From positions 8,246,001 to 8,310,000 of the forward strand of contig OZ024766.1 in NCBI GenBank assembly GCA_964016885.1: a DNA stretch of 64,000 nucleotides, given 5' to 3'. This DNA comes from Eledone cirrhosa (Eukaryota). A program made the position numbers and the translations under genes. Of the stretch, positions 1 through 60,407 are shown one piece after another. The notes under the pieces were generated by a model that was given only the letters and a program-made list of their open reading frames with translations, was not told the DNA's origin and made no database searches. Every line of letters starts with the position of its first letter. Position 1 is the stretch's first letter.

Positions 1-525
1 AGGACACCAGTCCATCACAGGGTTAAAGTCTGTCTTAGTTTAATTGGTGTTAAGTGACTGACAGTACAAGACTTCTCCCTGGACAGGACACCAGTCCATC
101 ACAGGGTTAAAGTCTGTCTTAGTTTCATTGGTGTTAAGTGACTGAGAGTACAAGACTTCTCCCTGGACAGGACACCAGTCCATCACAGGGTTAAAGTCTG
201 TCTTAGTTTCATTGGTGTTAAGTGACTGAGAGTACAGGACTTCCCCCCTGGACAGGCCACCAGTCCATCACAGTGTTAAAGTCTGTCTTAGTTTCATTGG
301 TGTTAAGTGACTGACAGTACAAGAATTCTCCCTGGACAGGACACCAGTCCATCACAGGGTTAAAGTCTGTCTTAGTTTCATTGGTGTTAAGCGATAGAGA
401 GTACAAGACTTCCCCCTGGACAGGACACTAGTCCATCACAGGGTTAAAGTCTGTCTTAGTTTCATTGGTGTTAAGTGACTGAGAGTACAAGACTTCCCCC
501 TGGACAGTTCACCAGTCCATCACAG
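1..525. repeat. 84-bp tandem repeat (~6 copies), SINE-derived-looking unit
   Basis: aggacaccagtccatcacaggg recurs at 1, 85, 169 and so on; the reverse strand gatggactggtgtcctgtccaggg resembles a V-domain-type SINE segment. Confidence 0.85.
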
Positions 526-590
526 GTGGATAATATTAATGATGATGATGATAGAGAGATTAAGAAAAATGCAAAGTTTAGTGTAGACAT

Positions 591-596
591 TTTATT
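591..596 (-). terminator. Candidate polyadenylation signal (AATAAA) of the HPS6-like gene
   Basis: tttatt on the + strand just downstream of the predicted stop. The AT-rich background makes chance occurrence possible. Confidence 0.4.
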
Positions 597-688
597 AACA
601 AAACTGTGATACATATTTCAATGCCAATCACATTTGGGAAAAAAATTATATGATTCCGAGTGCTTAATAATACAAATTACACCATTAT

Positions 689-48799
<48,111 letters not shown>

Positions 48800-49173
48800 C
48801 GCAAAACCGTTGAACTAACGACTGTGAAACAGACAGAGCTAGAAGCACTGCCTGGCTACAGAGGCGGGTACTGTGTGTGTATATATATATACACACACAA
48901 GTATACATGTGTGTGTATATATATTTATACACAAGTATATATATATAGATATGTTTATATATAGATATATAGTCGTCAAGTATGAAATTTGTGAAATTTG
49001 TTTTGTTTTTTCTACAAGTTTCTACAAATGTCATACTTGACGCCCCATATATATATATATATATTGTGTGTGTGCGTGTGTTTGTGTGTATATACATATA
49101 CACACGTACATCTCTCTCTCTATCTCTCTCTATATATATATATATATGTGTGTATGTATATATATATATATTA

Positions 49174-49222
<49 letters not shown>

Positions 49223-49305
49223 GTACATATATTGGGGCGTCAAATATGAAATTTGTAGAAATTTGTTTTTTTTTCAACAAATTTTTACAAATTTCATACT
49301 TGACC

Positions 49306-49354
<49 letters not shown>

Positions 49355-49384
49355 GCTTCAAATTAAACTCAGCTGACTGATATA

Positions 49385-49463
49385 TACAGGGCGCCCCGCA
49401 AAAATGTACACACACTTTGATAAGAATGCTGTTGAAGTGTGTGTATATTTTTGGGACACGCCG

Positions 49464-49465
<2 letters not shown>
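49385..49465. mobile_element. Short Tc1/mariner-type MITE-like hairpin in a TA tract
   Basis: TA-cagggcgccccgcaaaaatgtacacacactt paired with aagtgtgtgtatatttttgggacacgccg-TA. Confidence 0.5.
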
Positions 49466-49497
<32 letters not shown>

Positions 49498-49552
49498 TAT
49501 GTTTCTATAATTCACAATACGAAAACTTTTTAATAAATTAACACACGTTCAT

Positions 49553-49607
<55 letters not shown>

Positions 49608-49769
49608 TGGGTGTGTATATAAATAGAGAGAGAGATACAAAATCCGAATCATTGTAAAATACCCACAGAGAAAAAAAAAATACTAAATCTATTTATTGTT
49701 GTGTCTAACATTTTTTTTTAAAACAATAAATATCTGAATTAAATTAAAATTAAATTAAATTAATATTAT

Positions 49770-49900
49770 TTTGTATTTAATCTTCCGGAAGTCGTCTGGT
49801 ATCGAAGGAAGAAGAAAGTCTGTCACATGACTCACTGTGGTGCTATATTCACTGCGGGACTTACATGGAAACAACAGTAACAACATGGCCGAAGACGGTA
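49770..49900. promoter_or_regulatory. Probable shared bidirectional promoter / 5' region of the two genes
   Basis: Lies between divergent ATGs about 1.1 kb apart. Contains ETS motif CCGGAAGT (49785-49792), M-box/CLEAR-like GTCACATGAC (49822-49831) and RFX-like half site CATGGAAAC (49864-49872); locally more CpG than the flanks. Confidence 0.5.
49885..49897 (+). CDS. AHI1-like coding exon 1 (MAED)
   Basis: Good Kozak context caacATGG; donor G|GTAAGA, phase 1. Confidence 0.7.
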
Positions 49901-52900
49901 AGACGAACAACAACAAAAACAATACGTTCTTCTTCTTCATTTCTTTTCTTCTACTCTCGCCTCTACACCCGGCCATTTATTAAGGTGGGGGTGTCGCTGG
50001 CCATTGTCTGTGGAAATGCTTTTTAGTGGTCTTGTCCGTGGAGCACAGCCCTCAAAATCGCCGCACCCTAGGCCCAGAGCACTTCATCACCCTTTCCCTT
50101 CTCCCTCTCATTCTTCTGTGACCCTAGAGCCCTTGCCTTTTTCAATATTAATAAAGTTTATAAGCATCCAAACGGGACCCTAGCTCCGGTAAATATCCCC
50201 TCGGTTCTGGAGCCGGCTGGTGTTTATCTAGACGTGATGGTAAGAGACCAGACGCCCTTACTTTTTGTCCCTGGGTAAGAGGAAGGTGTCTCATCTAGGA
50301 CCCCCCCCCCCCCCCACGGTCAGTGACTCCTTTGCTGCCTCCAGTTCTGAAACTAGCTGGTTCTTCTAGACTTGATGGGAAGAGACCAGACGGCCTTACC
50401 CTTTGTCCCTGGGTAAGAGGAAGGTGTCTCATCTAGGACCCCCCCACGGTCAGTGACTCTTTTGCTGCCTCCAGTTCTGAAACTAGCTGGTTCTTCTAGA
50501 CTTGATGGGAAGAGACCAGACGGCCTTACCCTTTGTCCCTGGGTAAGAGGAAGGTGTCTCATCTGGGATGTCACATTCTGTGATGACTCTTTTGCTCCTT
50601 CCTACATCATGGACGGCACGGTAAATGTGGGGCGGGGGGGAACACTGCTTCTGTTGCCGAACATAATAGAATTTAGAAATACCTGGATTTATCCAGTAAT
50701 TATTTTTTCCACCCTATGGCATTTAGTACGTTTGGTGGAGTCTGATCATAGACAGCAAATTTCTTGTCATTGCTGGTGGCTAGCCTTACTGAGATGTGAG
50801 GGTGCTTGGTTATTTTAGTAAATTTTCACAACAATCTGTCCACCAGTAAAGATACTATAAACATTTAGTACAAAACAACACTATGACTACATCACATTAA
50901 ATATTAAAGTCTTTACTGTAATACTGTAAATTTTCACAACAATCTGTTCACCAGTAAAGATACTATAAACATTTAGTACAAAACAACACTATGACTACAT
51001 CACATTAAATATTAAAGTCTTTACTGTAATACTGTAAATTTTCACAACAATCTGTCTACCAGTAAAGATACTATAAACATTTAGTACAAAACAACACTAT
51101 GACTACATCCCATTAAATATTAAAGTCTTTACTGTAATACTGTAAATTGTCACAACAATCTGTCCACCAGTAAAGATACTATAAACATTTAGTACAAAAC
51201 AACACTATGACTACATCCCATTAAATATTAAAGTCGTTACTGTAAAACTGTAAATATTCACAACAATCTGTCCACCAGTAAAGATACTATAAACATTTAG
51301 TACAAAACAACACTATGACTACATCCCATTAAATATTAAAGTCTTTACTGTAAAACTGTAAATATTCACAACAATCTGTCCACCAGTAAAGATACTATAA
51401 ACATTTAGTACAAAACAACACTATGACTACATCACATTAAATATTAAAGTCTTTACTGTAATACTGTAAATTGTCACAACAATCTGTCCACCAGTAAAGA
51501 TACTATAAACATTTAGTACAAAACAACACTATGACTACATCCCATTAAATATTAAAGTCTTTACTGTAATACTGTAAATATTCACAACAATCTGTCTACC
51601 AGTAAAGATACTATAAACATTTAGTACAAAACAACACTATGACTACATCACATTAAATATTAAAGTCTTTACTGTAATACTGTAAATATTCACAACAATC
51701 TGTCCACCAGTAAAGATACTATAAACATTTAGTACAAAACAACACTATGACTACATCCCATTAAATATTAAAGTCTTTACTGTAAAACTGTAAATATTCA
51801 CAACAATCTGTCCACCAGTAAAGATACTATAAACATTTAGTACAAAACAACACTATGACTACATCACATTAAATATTAAAGTCTGTTAAAGGGTGTTAAA
51901 GACCCAGACACTGGCCTGGTATTAAGGTGGGAGGTAATACAACTTAAGGCCGAAAATATGATCTAGAATACAATATTTTCCATGTTTTTTTCCAGATACC
52001 ATTTTGGTTGAGGAGAAGAAAGCTAAGGTGAAGAAGAAAATTAAGAAAACTGTATCAGCCACAGGTATGTATGTAAGATCATCATGTCCATTTTTCCACG
52101 CTTGTATCATCATCATCATCATCATCACTGTTTTACGTCCTTTCTTCCACGCTAGCATGGGTTAGACTTGTCCTGTTGTGGGCAGTGTCCGGACTGATTC
52201 TGGCTTGATTTCTACAGCTGGATGCCCTTCCTAACACCAATCTCATTTACAGTGAGTGCTGGGTGCTTTTTTGCCATGGCACCTCCACGACCACTTTGCA
52301 GTGGAATGATAGGGACCCCAGTCCCTATCATCTCATTTCTACAGCTGAGTAAACTGGAGCAATGTGAAATAAAGTGTCTTGCTCAAGGAAACAACACATC
52401 ACCCAGTCTGAGAATTGAACTCACAACCTTTCGATTGCAAGCCCAATGCTCTAACCACTAAGCTATATATATCATATACATATTATATACACATACAAAT
52501 GAAGGTGCAGGTCTTAGTGGTTAGAGCATTGGGCTTGCATTCGAAAGGTTGTGAGTTCAGTTTACAAAGCGGACGTGTGGGTGCCACGGGAAAAAAAAAG
52601 GCACCCACCACTCACTGTAAAAGGGTCATGGAGGTGCCACAGCAAAAAAGCACTCAGCACTCACTGTAAAGTGGACATTGAGGTGCCACAGCAAAAAAGC
52701 ACTCAGCACTCACTGTAAAGTGGACATTGAGGTGCCACAGCAAAAAAGCACTCAGCACTCACTGTAAAGTGGACATTGAGGTGCCACAGCAAAAAAGCAC
52801 CCAGCACTCACTGTAAATGAGGTTGGTGTTAGGAAGGGCATCCAGCTGTAGAAATCAAGCCAGAATCAGTTCCCGTCCCACCCTTGCAAGCAGGGAAAAG

Positions 52901-55900
52901 GGGACGTAAAATGATGATGATGATGATGATGATGATATATATATTCTTATCATTAGATACAGGTGAAGATATTACACTACAAACAAGGCAAAGGTTTGAA
53001 ACGTTACTGCTACAAAACTTGGAAACAACTGCAAGGTACTGTGAAAAGATGTGTTGGTGTTGTTGTTGTTGTTGTTGGTGGTGGTGTTGTTGTTGTTGTT
53101 GGTGTTGTTGTTGGTGTTGGTGTTTGTGTACACTATATATACTATATATTATATACACTATATATACTATATATTATATACACTATATATTATATACACT
53201 TTATATACTATATATTATATACACTTTATATACACTATGTATACTATATATTATATACTAAATACACTATATATTATATACTAAATACACTATATATTAT
53301 ATACTAGATATACTATATATTATATACACTATATATACTATATATTATATACTAAATACACTATATATTATATACTAAATACACTATATATTATATACTA
53401 GATATACTATATATTATATACACTAGATATACTATATATTATATACACTATATATTATATACACTTTATATACTATATATTATATACTATATATACTATA
53501 TATTATATACACTATATATTATATACACTAGATATACTATATATTATATACACTATATACAGTATATATTATATACACTATATACTATATATAATATATA
53601 TTATATACACTATATATTATATACTATGTATAATATATATTATATACACTATATATTATAAACACTAGATATACTATATATTATATACTATATATAATAT
53701 ATATTATATACACTATATATTATATACACTAGATATACTATATATTATATACTATATATAATATATATTATATACACTATATATTATATACACTAGATAT
53801 ACTATATATTATATACTATATATAATATATACACCATTTCTCTTTACCTTAATGAAGCGACATTCTGAAAAAGAAGAAGAAGAAAAAGGAGAAAACAACA
53901 TGCTTAGAAGAAGCTCAGGTAAGTGTCTGCGCATTCTACAAAGATACCTTAAATTCAAGATCGGGTCCTCACAGTAAAGGCTTTACCTCACATAATATCT
54001 CACATAACATTTACATTACTCTATATATACTATTGTATTGTCACAGTAAAGGCTTTACCTCACATAATACCTCACATAACATTTACATTACTCTATATAT
54101 ACTATTGTATTGTCACAGTAAAGGCTTTACCTCACATAATACCTCACATAACATTTACATTACTCTATATATACTATTGTATTGTCACAGTAAAGGCTTT
54201 ACCTCACATAATATCTCACATAACATTTACATTACTCTATATATACTATTGTATTGTCACAGTAAAGGCTTTACCTCACATAATACCTCACATAACATTT
54301 ACATTACTCTATATATACTATTGTATTGTCACAGTAAAGGCTTTACCTCACATAATATCTCACATAACATTTACATTACTCTATATATACTATTGTATTG
54401 TCACAGTAAAGGCTTTACCTCACATAATACCTCACATCACATTTACATTACTCTATATATACTATTGTATTTTCACAGTAAAGGCTTTACCTCACATAAT
54501 ATCTTACATAACATTTACATTACTCTATATATACTATTGTATTTTCACAGTAAAGGCTTTACCTCACATAATATCTCACATAACATTTACATTACTCTAT
54601 ATATACTATTGTATTTTCACAGTAAAGGCTTTACCTCACATAATATCTCACATAACATTTACATTACTCTATATATACTATTGTATTTTCACACTAAAGG
54701 CTTTACCTCACATAATATCTCACATAACATTTACATTACTCTATATATACTATTGTATTTTCACAGTAAAGGCTTTACCTCACATAATATCTCACATAAC
54801 ATTTACATTACTCTATATATACTATTGTATTTTCACAGTAAAGGCTTTACCTCACATAACTTTTACATTACTCTATATATACTATTGTATTTTCACACTA
54901 AAGGCTTTACCTCACATAATATCTCACATAACATTTACATTACTCTATATATACTATTGTATTTTCACAGTAAAGGCTTTACCTCACATAATATCTCACA
55001 TAACATTTACATTACTCTATATATACTATTGTATTTTCACAGTAAAGGCTTTACCTCACATAATATCTCACATAACATTTACATTACTCTATATATACTA
55101 TTGTATTTTCACAGTAAAGGCTTTACCTCACATAACTTTTACATTACTCTATATATACTATTGTATTTTCACAGTAAAGGCTTTACCTCACATAATATCT
55201 CACATAACATTTACATTACTCTATATATACTATTGTATTTTCACAGTAAAGGCTTTACCTCACATAATATCTCACATAACATTTACATTACTCTATATAT
55301 ACTATTGTATTTTCACAGTAAAGGCTTTACCTCACATAATATCTCACATAACATTTACATTACTCTATATATACTATTGTATTTTCACAGTAAAGGCTTT
55401 ACCTCACATAATATCTCACATAACATTTACATTACTCTATATATACTATTGTATTTTCACAGTAAAGGCTTTACCTCACATAATATCTCACATAACATTT
55501 ACATTACTCTATATATACTATTGTATTTTCACAGTAAAGGCTTTACCTCACATAATATCTCACATAACATTTACATTACTCTATATATACTATTGTATTT
55601 TCACAGTAAAGGCTTTACCTCACATAATATCTCACATAACATTTACATTACTCTATATATACTATTGTATTTTCACAGTAAAGGCTTTACCTCACATAAT
55701 ATCTCACATAACATTTACATTACTCTATATATACTATTGTATTTTCACACTAAAGGCTTTACCTCACATAATATCTCACATAACATTTACATTACTCTAT
55801 ATATACTATTGTATTTTCACAGTAAAGGCTTTACCTCACATAATATCTCACATAACATTTACATTACTCTATATATACTATTGTATTTTCACAGTAAAGG

Positions 55901-58238
55901 CTTTACCTCACATAATATCTCACATATGCTGCCTCTACGACACCCTTGAGAGTTATGGAGCCATACATGCATGTTCTATCATCTTCATCTTCTCTCCCTA
56001 TAGGAAGAAAACGTTGCAGAGAGTTTCTTCACCACAGGCTCACCTGTGTCCCTTGTAACGCAGCCTAGAGAAGTTCCCTCAGTTTCAGGTAATATTTTTA
56101 TTAAAAACTTTATATTTGTACCTTTTACTGGCTTCAGTCATTAGACTGTGACCATACTGGGGCACCACATTGTTTTATGTCTTTTACTGGTTTTACTAAA
56201 ATTTTTAATTATTTCATTACTAAAATATTAACTTAACATTCCTTCTAGAAATATATAATACCTTTCGATCACCAACAGCAGAGTTTAAAGAGCAAAGATC
56301 AAGTCCTGTCCATAAGTTGACATTGTCAAGCCATTGTTTTGGCTGCTGGCCTCTACTTCTCTTAACAGCCGACCTTCCTTCTAGGAATATATAATACCTT
56401 TCAATCACCAACAGCAGAGTTTAAAGAGCAAAGATCAAGTCCAGTCCCTAGGTTGACATTATCAAGCCATAGTTTTGGCTGCCGGCCTCTGCTTCTCTTA
56501 CCAGCCGACCTTCCTTCTAGGAATATATAATACCTTTCGATCACCAACAGCAGAGTTTAAAGAGCAAAGATCAAGTCCAGTCCATAAGTTGACATTATCA
56601 AGCCATCGTTTTGACTGCCGGCCTCTACTTCTCTTACCAGCTGACCTTCCTTCTAGAAATATATAATACCTTTTGTTCACCAACAGCAGAGTTTAAAGAG
56701 CAAAGATCAAGTCCAGTCCATAAGTTGACATTATCAAGCCATAGTTTTGGCTGCCGGCCTCTGCTTCTCTTACCAGCCAACCTTCCTTCTAGAAATATAT
56801 ACCTTTTGATCACCAACAGCAGAGTTTAAAGAGCAAAGATCAGGTCCAGTTCATAAGTTGACATTATCAAGCCATAGTTTTGGCTGCCGGCCTCTGCTTC
56901 TCTTACCAGCCAACCTTCCTTCTAGAAATATATAATACCTTTCGATCACCAACAGCAGAGTTTAAAGAGCCAAGATCAAGTCCAGTCCATAAGTTGACAT
57001 TATCAAGCCATAGTTTTGGCTGCCGGCCTCTGCTTCTCTTACCAGCTGACCTTCCTTCTAGAAATATATAATACCTTTTGATCACCAACAGCAGAGTTTA
57101 AAGAGCAAAGATCAAGTCCAGTCCATATGTTGACATTATCAAGCCATAGTTTTGGCTGCCGGCCTCTGCTTCTCTTACCAGCCAACCTTCCTTCCAGGAA
57201 TATATAATACCTTTTGTTCACCAACAGCAGAGTTTAAAGAGCAAAGATCAAGTCCAGTCCATATGTTGACATTATCAAGCCATAGTTTTGGCTGCCGGCC
57301 TCTGCTTCTCTTACCAGCCAACCTTCCTTCTAGAAATATATAATACCTTTCGATCACCAACAGCAGAGTTTAAAGAGCAAAGATCAAGTCCAGTCCATAA
57401 GTTGACATTATCAAGCCATAGTTTTGGCTGCCGGCCTCTGCTTCTCTTACCAGCCAACCTTCCATCTAGAAATATATAATACCTTTCGATCACCAACAGC
57501 AGAGTTTAAAGAGCAAAGATCAAGTCCTGTCCATAAGTTGACATTGTCAAGCCATAGTTTTGGCTGCCGGCCTCTACTTCTCTTACCAGCTGACCTTCCT
57601 TCTAGAAATATATAATACCTTTCGATCACCAACAGCAGAGTTTAAAGAGCAAAGATCAAGTCCTGTCCATAAGTTGACATTGTCAAGCCATAGTTTTGGC
57701 TGCCGGCCTCTACTTCTCTTACCAGCTGACCTTCCTTCTAGAAATATATAATACCTTTCGATCACCAACAGCAGAGTTTAAAGAGCAAAGATCAAGTCCA
57801 GTCCATAAGTTGACATTATCAAGCCATAGTTTTGGCTGCTGGCCTCTACTTCTCTTACCAGCTGACCTTCCTTCCAGGCATAACCTACTCACACCACAAG
57901 TTATCTTTTTATATGACCGCATAGTTTGAGTACTCTTGACTTGACAATTGATGTAATTGGTTTAAGTTTGGTATGGTCGTGATTATAAAGGCCTTAATGT
58001 TTTGTATCTATCACCAGGATTGACAAAGGACTTGTCACCCCGAAAACCCAGAGAGAGGAGCCTCACACTAGAATCTGAAATAAAGAAGCGGTCAGCGAGG
58101 AGAGTGAGAGAGGAGAACATCTCGCCTGAGTCAATATTAACAAAGGGGTTCCATCGGAAGGAGAGCAAGAAGAATGTCTCGTTGGAGGGTGATCTGTCAA
58201 CAAGGGATGGCAGGTGGGTTTTCTGGTGGTTGGATACC

Positions 58239-58277
<39 letters not shown>

Positions 58278-58430
58278 GTTACTACTACAGCTACTACTGT
58301 TACTACTACTACTACTACCACTACTACTACTACCACTACTACTACTACTACTACTGTTACTACTACAGCTACTACTGTTACTACTACTACTACTACTACT
58401 ACCACCACTACTACTACTACCACTACTACC

Positions 58431-58468
<38 letters not shown>

Positions 58469-58852
58469 CACCACCACCACTACTACCACCACCACCACAA
58501 CCACCACCACTACTACCACCACCACCACCACTACTACCACCACCACCACCACCACCACTACTACCACCACCACTACCACAACCACCACCACTACTACCAC
58601 CACCACCACCACCACCACCACCACCACCACCACTACTACCACCACCACCACCACCACCGCCACCACTACTACCACCACCACCACCACTACTACCACCACC
58701 ACTACCACCACTACTACCACTACCTTGTCTATCTCCACAGGTCACCTACCCCTACGACAAGTACCAAAGGCAGAAAGAAAGTTAATAAAAAGTCAAAGCC
58801 CCCAAGAATTGTTGCTGGGAGTTTACAAAACTCTAAGGATCTTTCCTCAAAG
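49885..58852 (+). CDS. AHI1: 5' part of a spliced gene, probably jouberin/AHI1-like; continues beyond the window
   Basis: Seven phase-compatible GT-AG exons give MAEDDTILVEEKKAK...QTRQRFETLLLQNLETTASDILKKKKKKKEK...VREENISPESIL. This resembles the human AHI1 N-terminus as recalled ([39 protein letters not shown]). The WD40/SH3 domains are not in the window, so identity is tentative. Confidence 0.55.
50240..50640 (+). mobile_element. CRE-like (restriction-like endonuclease) non-LTR retrotransposon fragment with ~120-bp tandem duplication
   Basis: SRLDGKRPDGLTLCPWVRGRCLIWDVT is the PD-..-D endonuclease motif typical of CRE-type elements; the motif occurs three times. Confidence 0.65.
50819..51885. 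repeat. 108-bp tandem repeat (~10 copies)
   Basis: taaattttcacaacaatctg at 50819, 50927 and so on. Confidence 0.9.
51996..52064 (+). CDS. AHI1-like coding exon 2 (TILVEEKKAKVKKKIKKTVSAT)
   Basis: Acceptor tttttttccag|AT; donor G|GTATGT; phase 1-1. Confidence 0.8.
52957..53035 (+). CDS. AHI1-like coding exon 3 (TGEDITLQTRQRFETLLLQNLETTA)
   Basis: Acceptor tatcattag|AT; donor AG|GTACTG; phase 1-2. Confidence 0.75.
53130..53830. repeat. AT-rich low-complexity repeat (actatatattatatac)
   Basis: Direct reading. Confidence 0.85.
53858..53918 (+). CDS. AHI1-like coding exon 4 (DILKKKKKKKEKTTCLEEAQ)
   Basis: Pyrimidine tract then aatgaag|C; donor CAG|GTAAGT; phase 2-0. Confidence 0.75.
53968..55925. 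repeat. 72-bp minisatellite (~27 copies)
   Basis: 24-aa period HSKGFTSHNISHNIYITLYILLYF, with a few 60-bp deletion variants. Confidence 0.95.
56004..56088 (+). CDS. AHI1-like coding exon 5 (EENVAESFFTTGSPVSLVTQPREVPSVS)
   Basis: Acceptor tctctccctatag|GAA; donor G|GTAATA; phase 0-1. Confidence 0.75.
56240..57945 (-). mobile_element. RTE-like LINE 3' fragment amplified into a 136-bp tandem array (~12 copies)
   Basis: Each unit encodes LEGRSAGKRSRGRQPKLWLDNVNLWTGLDLCSLNSAVGDRK; ORFs recur at 136-bp offsets. Confidence 0.8.
58018..58213 (+). CDS. AHI1-like coding exon 6 (LTKDLSPRKPRERSLTLESEIKKRSARRVREENISPESILTKGFHRKESKKNVSLEGDLSTRDG)
   Basis: Acceptor tatcaccag|GA; donor AG|GTGGGT; 196 nt, phase 1-2. 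Confidence 0.8.
58236..58723. repeat. (ACT)n/(ACC)n trinucleotide repeat filling an intron
   Basis: Lies between the donor at 58214 and the acceptor at 58740. Confidence 0.9.
58741..58852 (+). CDS. AHI1-like coding exon 7 (SPTPTTSTKGRKKVNKKSKPPRIVAGSLQNSKDLSSK)
   Basis: Acceptor atctccacag|G; donor AAG|GTGAGT; 112 nt, phase 2-0. Confidence 0.8.
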
Positions 58853-58883
58853 GTGAGTTTATTGTGTCCACCTGGGGTGCTAA

Positions 58884-60180
58884 GGTGGGTTATTCCATAG
58901 ACCAAAGGTGGGGTTATTCCATAGACCAAAGGTGGGGTTATTCCATAGACCAAAGGTGGCGTTATTCCATAGACCAAAGGTGGGGTTATTCCATAGACCA
59001 AAGGTGGGGTTATTCCATAGACCAAAGGTGGCGTTATTCCATAGACCAAAGGTGGGGTTATTCCATAGACCAAAGGTGGGGTTATTCCATAGACCAAAGG
59101 TGGCGTTATTCCATAGACCAAAGGTGGGGTTATTCCATAGACCAAAGGTGGGGTTATTCCATAGACCAAAGGTGGCGTTATTCCATAGACCAAAGGTGGG
59201 GTTATTCCATAGACCAAAGGTGGGGTTATTCCATAGACCAAAGGTGGGGTTATTCCATACATTACAGGTGGCGTTATTCCATAAATTAAAGATGGGGTTA
59301 TTCCATACACCAAAGATGGGGTTATTCCATAGACCAAAGGTGGGGTTATTCCATAGACCAAAGGTGGGGTTATTCCATAGACCAAAGGTGGGGTTATTCC
59401 ATAGACCAAAGGTGGGGTTATTCCATAGACCAAAGGTGGGGTTATTCCATAGACCAAAGGTGGGGTTATTCCATACATTACAGGTGGCGTTATTCCATAA
59501 ATTAAAGATGGGGTTATTCCATACACCAAAGATGGGGTTATTCCATAGACCAAAGGTGGGGTTATTCCATAGACCAAAGGTGGGGTTATTCCATAGACCA
59601 AAGGTGGGGTTATTCCATAGACCAAAGGTGGGGTTATTCCATAGACCAAAGGTGGGGTTATTCCATAGACCAAAGGTGGGGTTATTCCATACACCAAAGA
59701 TGGGGTTATTCCATAGACCAAAGGTGGGGTTATTCCATAGACCAAAGGTGGGGTTATTCCATAGACCAAAGGTGGGGTTATTCCATAGACCAAAGGTGGG
59801 GTTATTCCATAGACCAAAGGTGGGGTTATTCCATAGACCAAAGGTGGGGTTATTCCATAGACCAAAGGTGGGGTTATTCCATACACCAAAGATGGGGTTA
59901 TTCCATACATTACAGGTGGCGTTATTCCATACATTAAAGATGGGGTTATTCCATACATTAAAGATGGGGTTATTCCATACATTACAGGTGGCGTTATTCC
60001 ATACATTAAGGGGTTATTCCATACACCAAAGATGGGGTTATTCCATACATTACAGTTGGGGTTATTCCATACATTACAGGTGGGGTTATTCCATACATGA
60101 AGGGGTTATTTCATACATTAAGGCGTTATTCCATACATTACAGTTCGGGTTATTCCATAGACCAAAGATGGGGTTATTCC
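58884..60180. repeat. 24-bp minisatellite (ggttattccatagaccaaaggtgg, ~54 copies)
   Basis: 8-aa period GLFHRPKV. Confidence 0.95.
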
Positions 60181-60407
60181 GAGATAGATAGTCTGTTGTT
60201 ACCATAGTAACTAAGGAGTTTAAGGGGGAAGAGTGAACATTTGCTGTTGAGAGAGAGTGTTTGTGATTGGTGGATATATAGGGTGGGAGGGGTGGGGGAG
60301 TGTGGTGATGATGATGCTTTTTGTGGAAGGGGTGTGATGGTGATGCAATGAACGGGGAGTCTGATGGTGGTGTAGTTTGGGAGGGTCTGATGGTGGTGTG
60401 AAAAGGT

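Noticed and set aside
54033-55949. 638-aa ORF
   Set aside because: 72-bp tandem repeat inside an intron; the flanking exons join in phase without it.
58214-58740. Poly-Thr, poly-His or poly-Pro coding stretch
   Set aside because: Bounded by a GT donor and a CAG acceptor with matching phase 2, so it is intronic.
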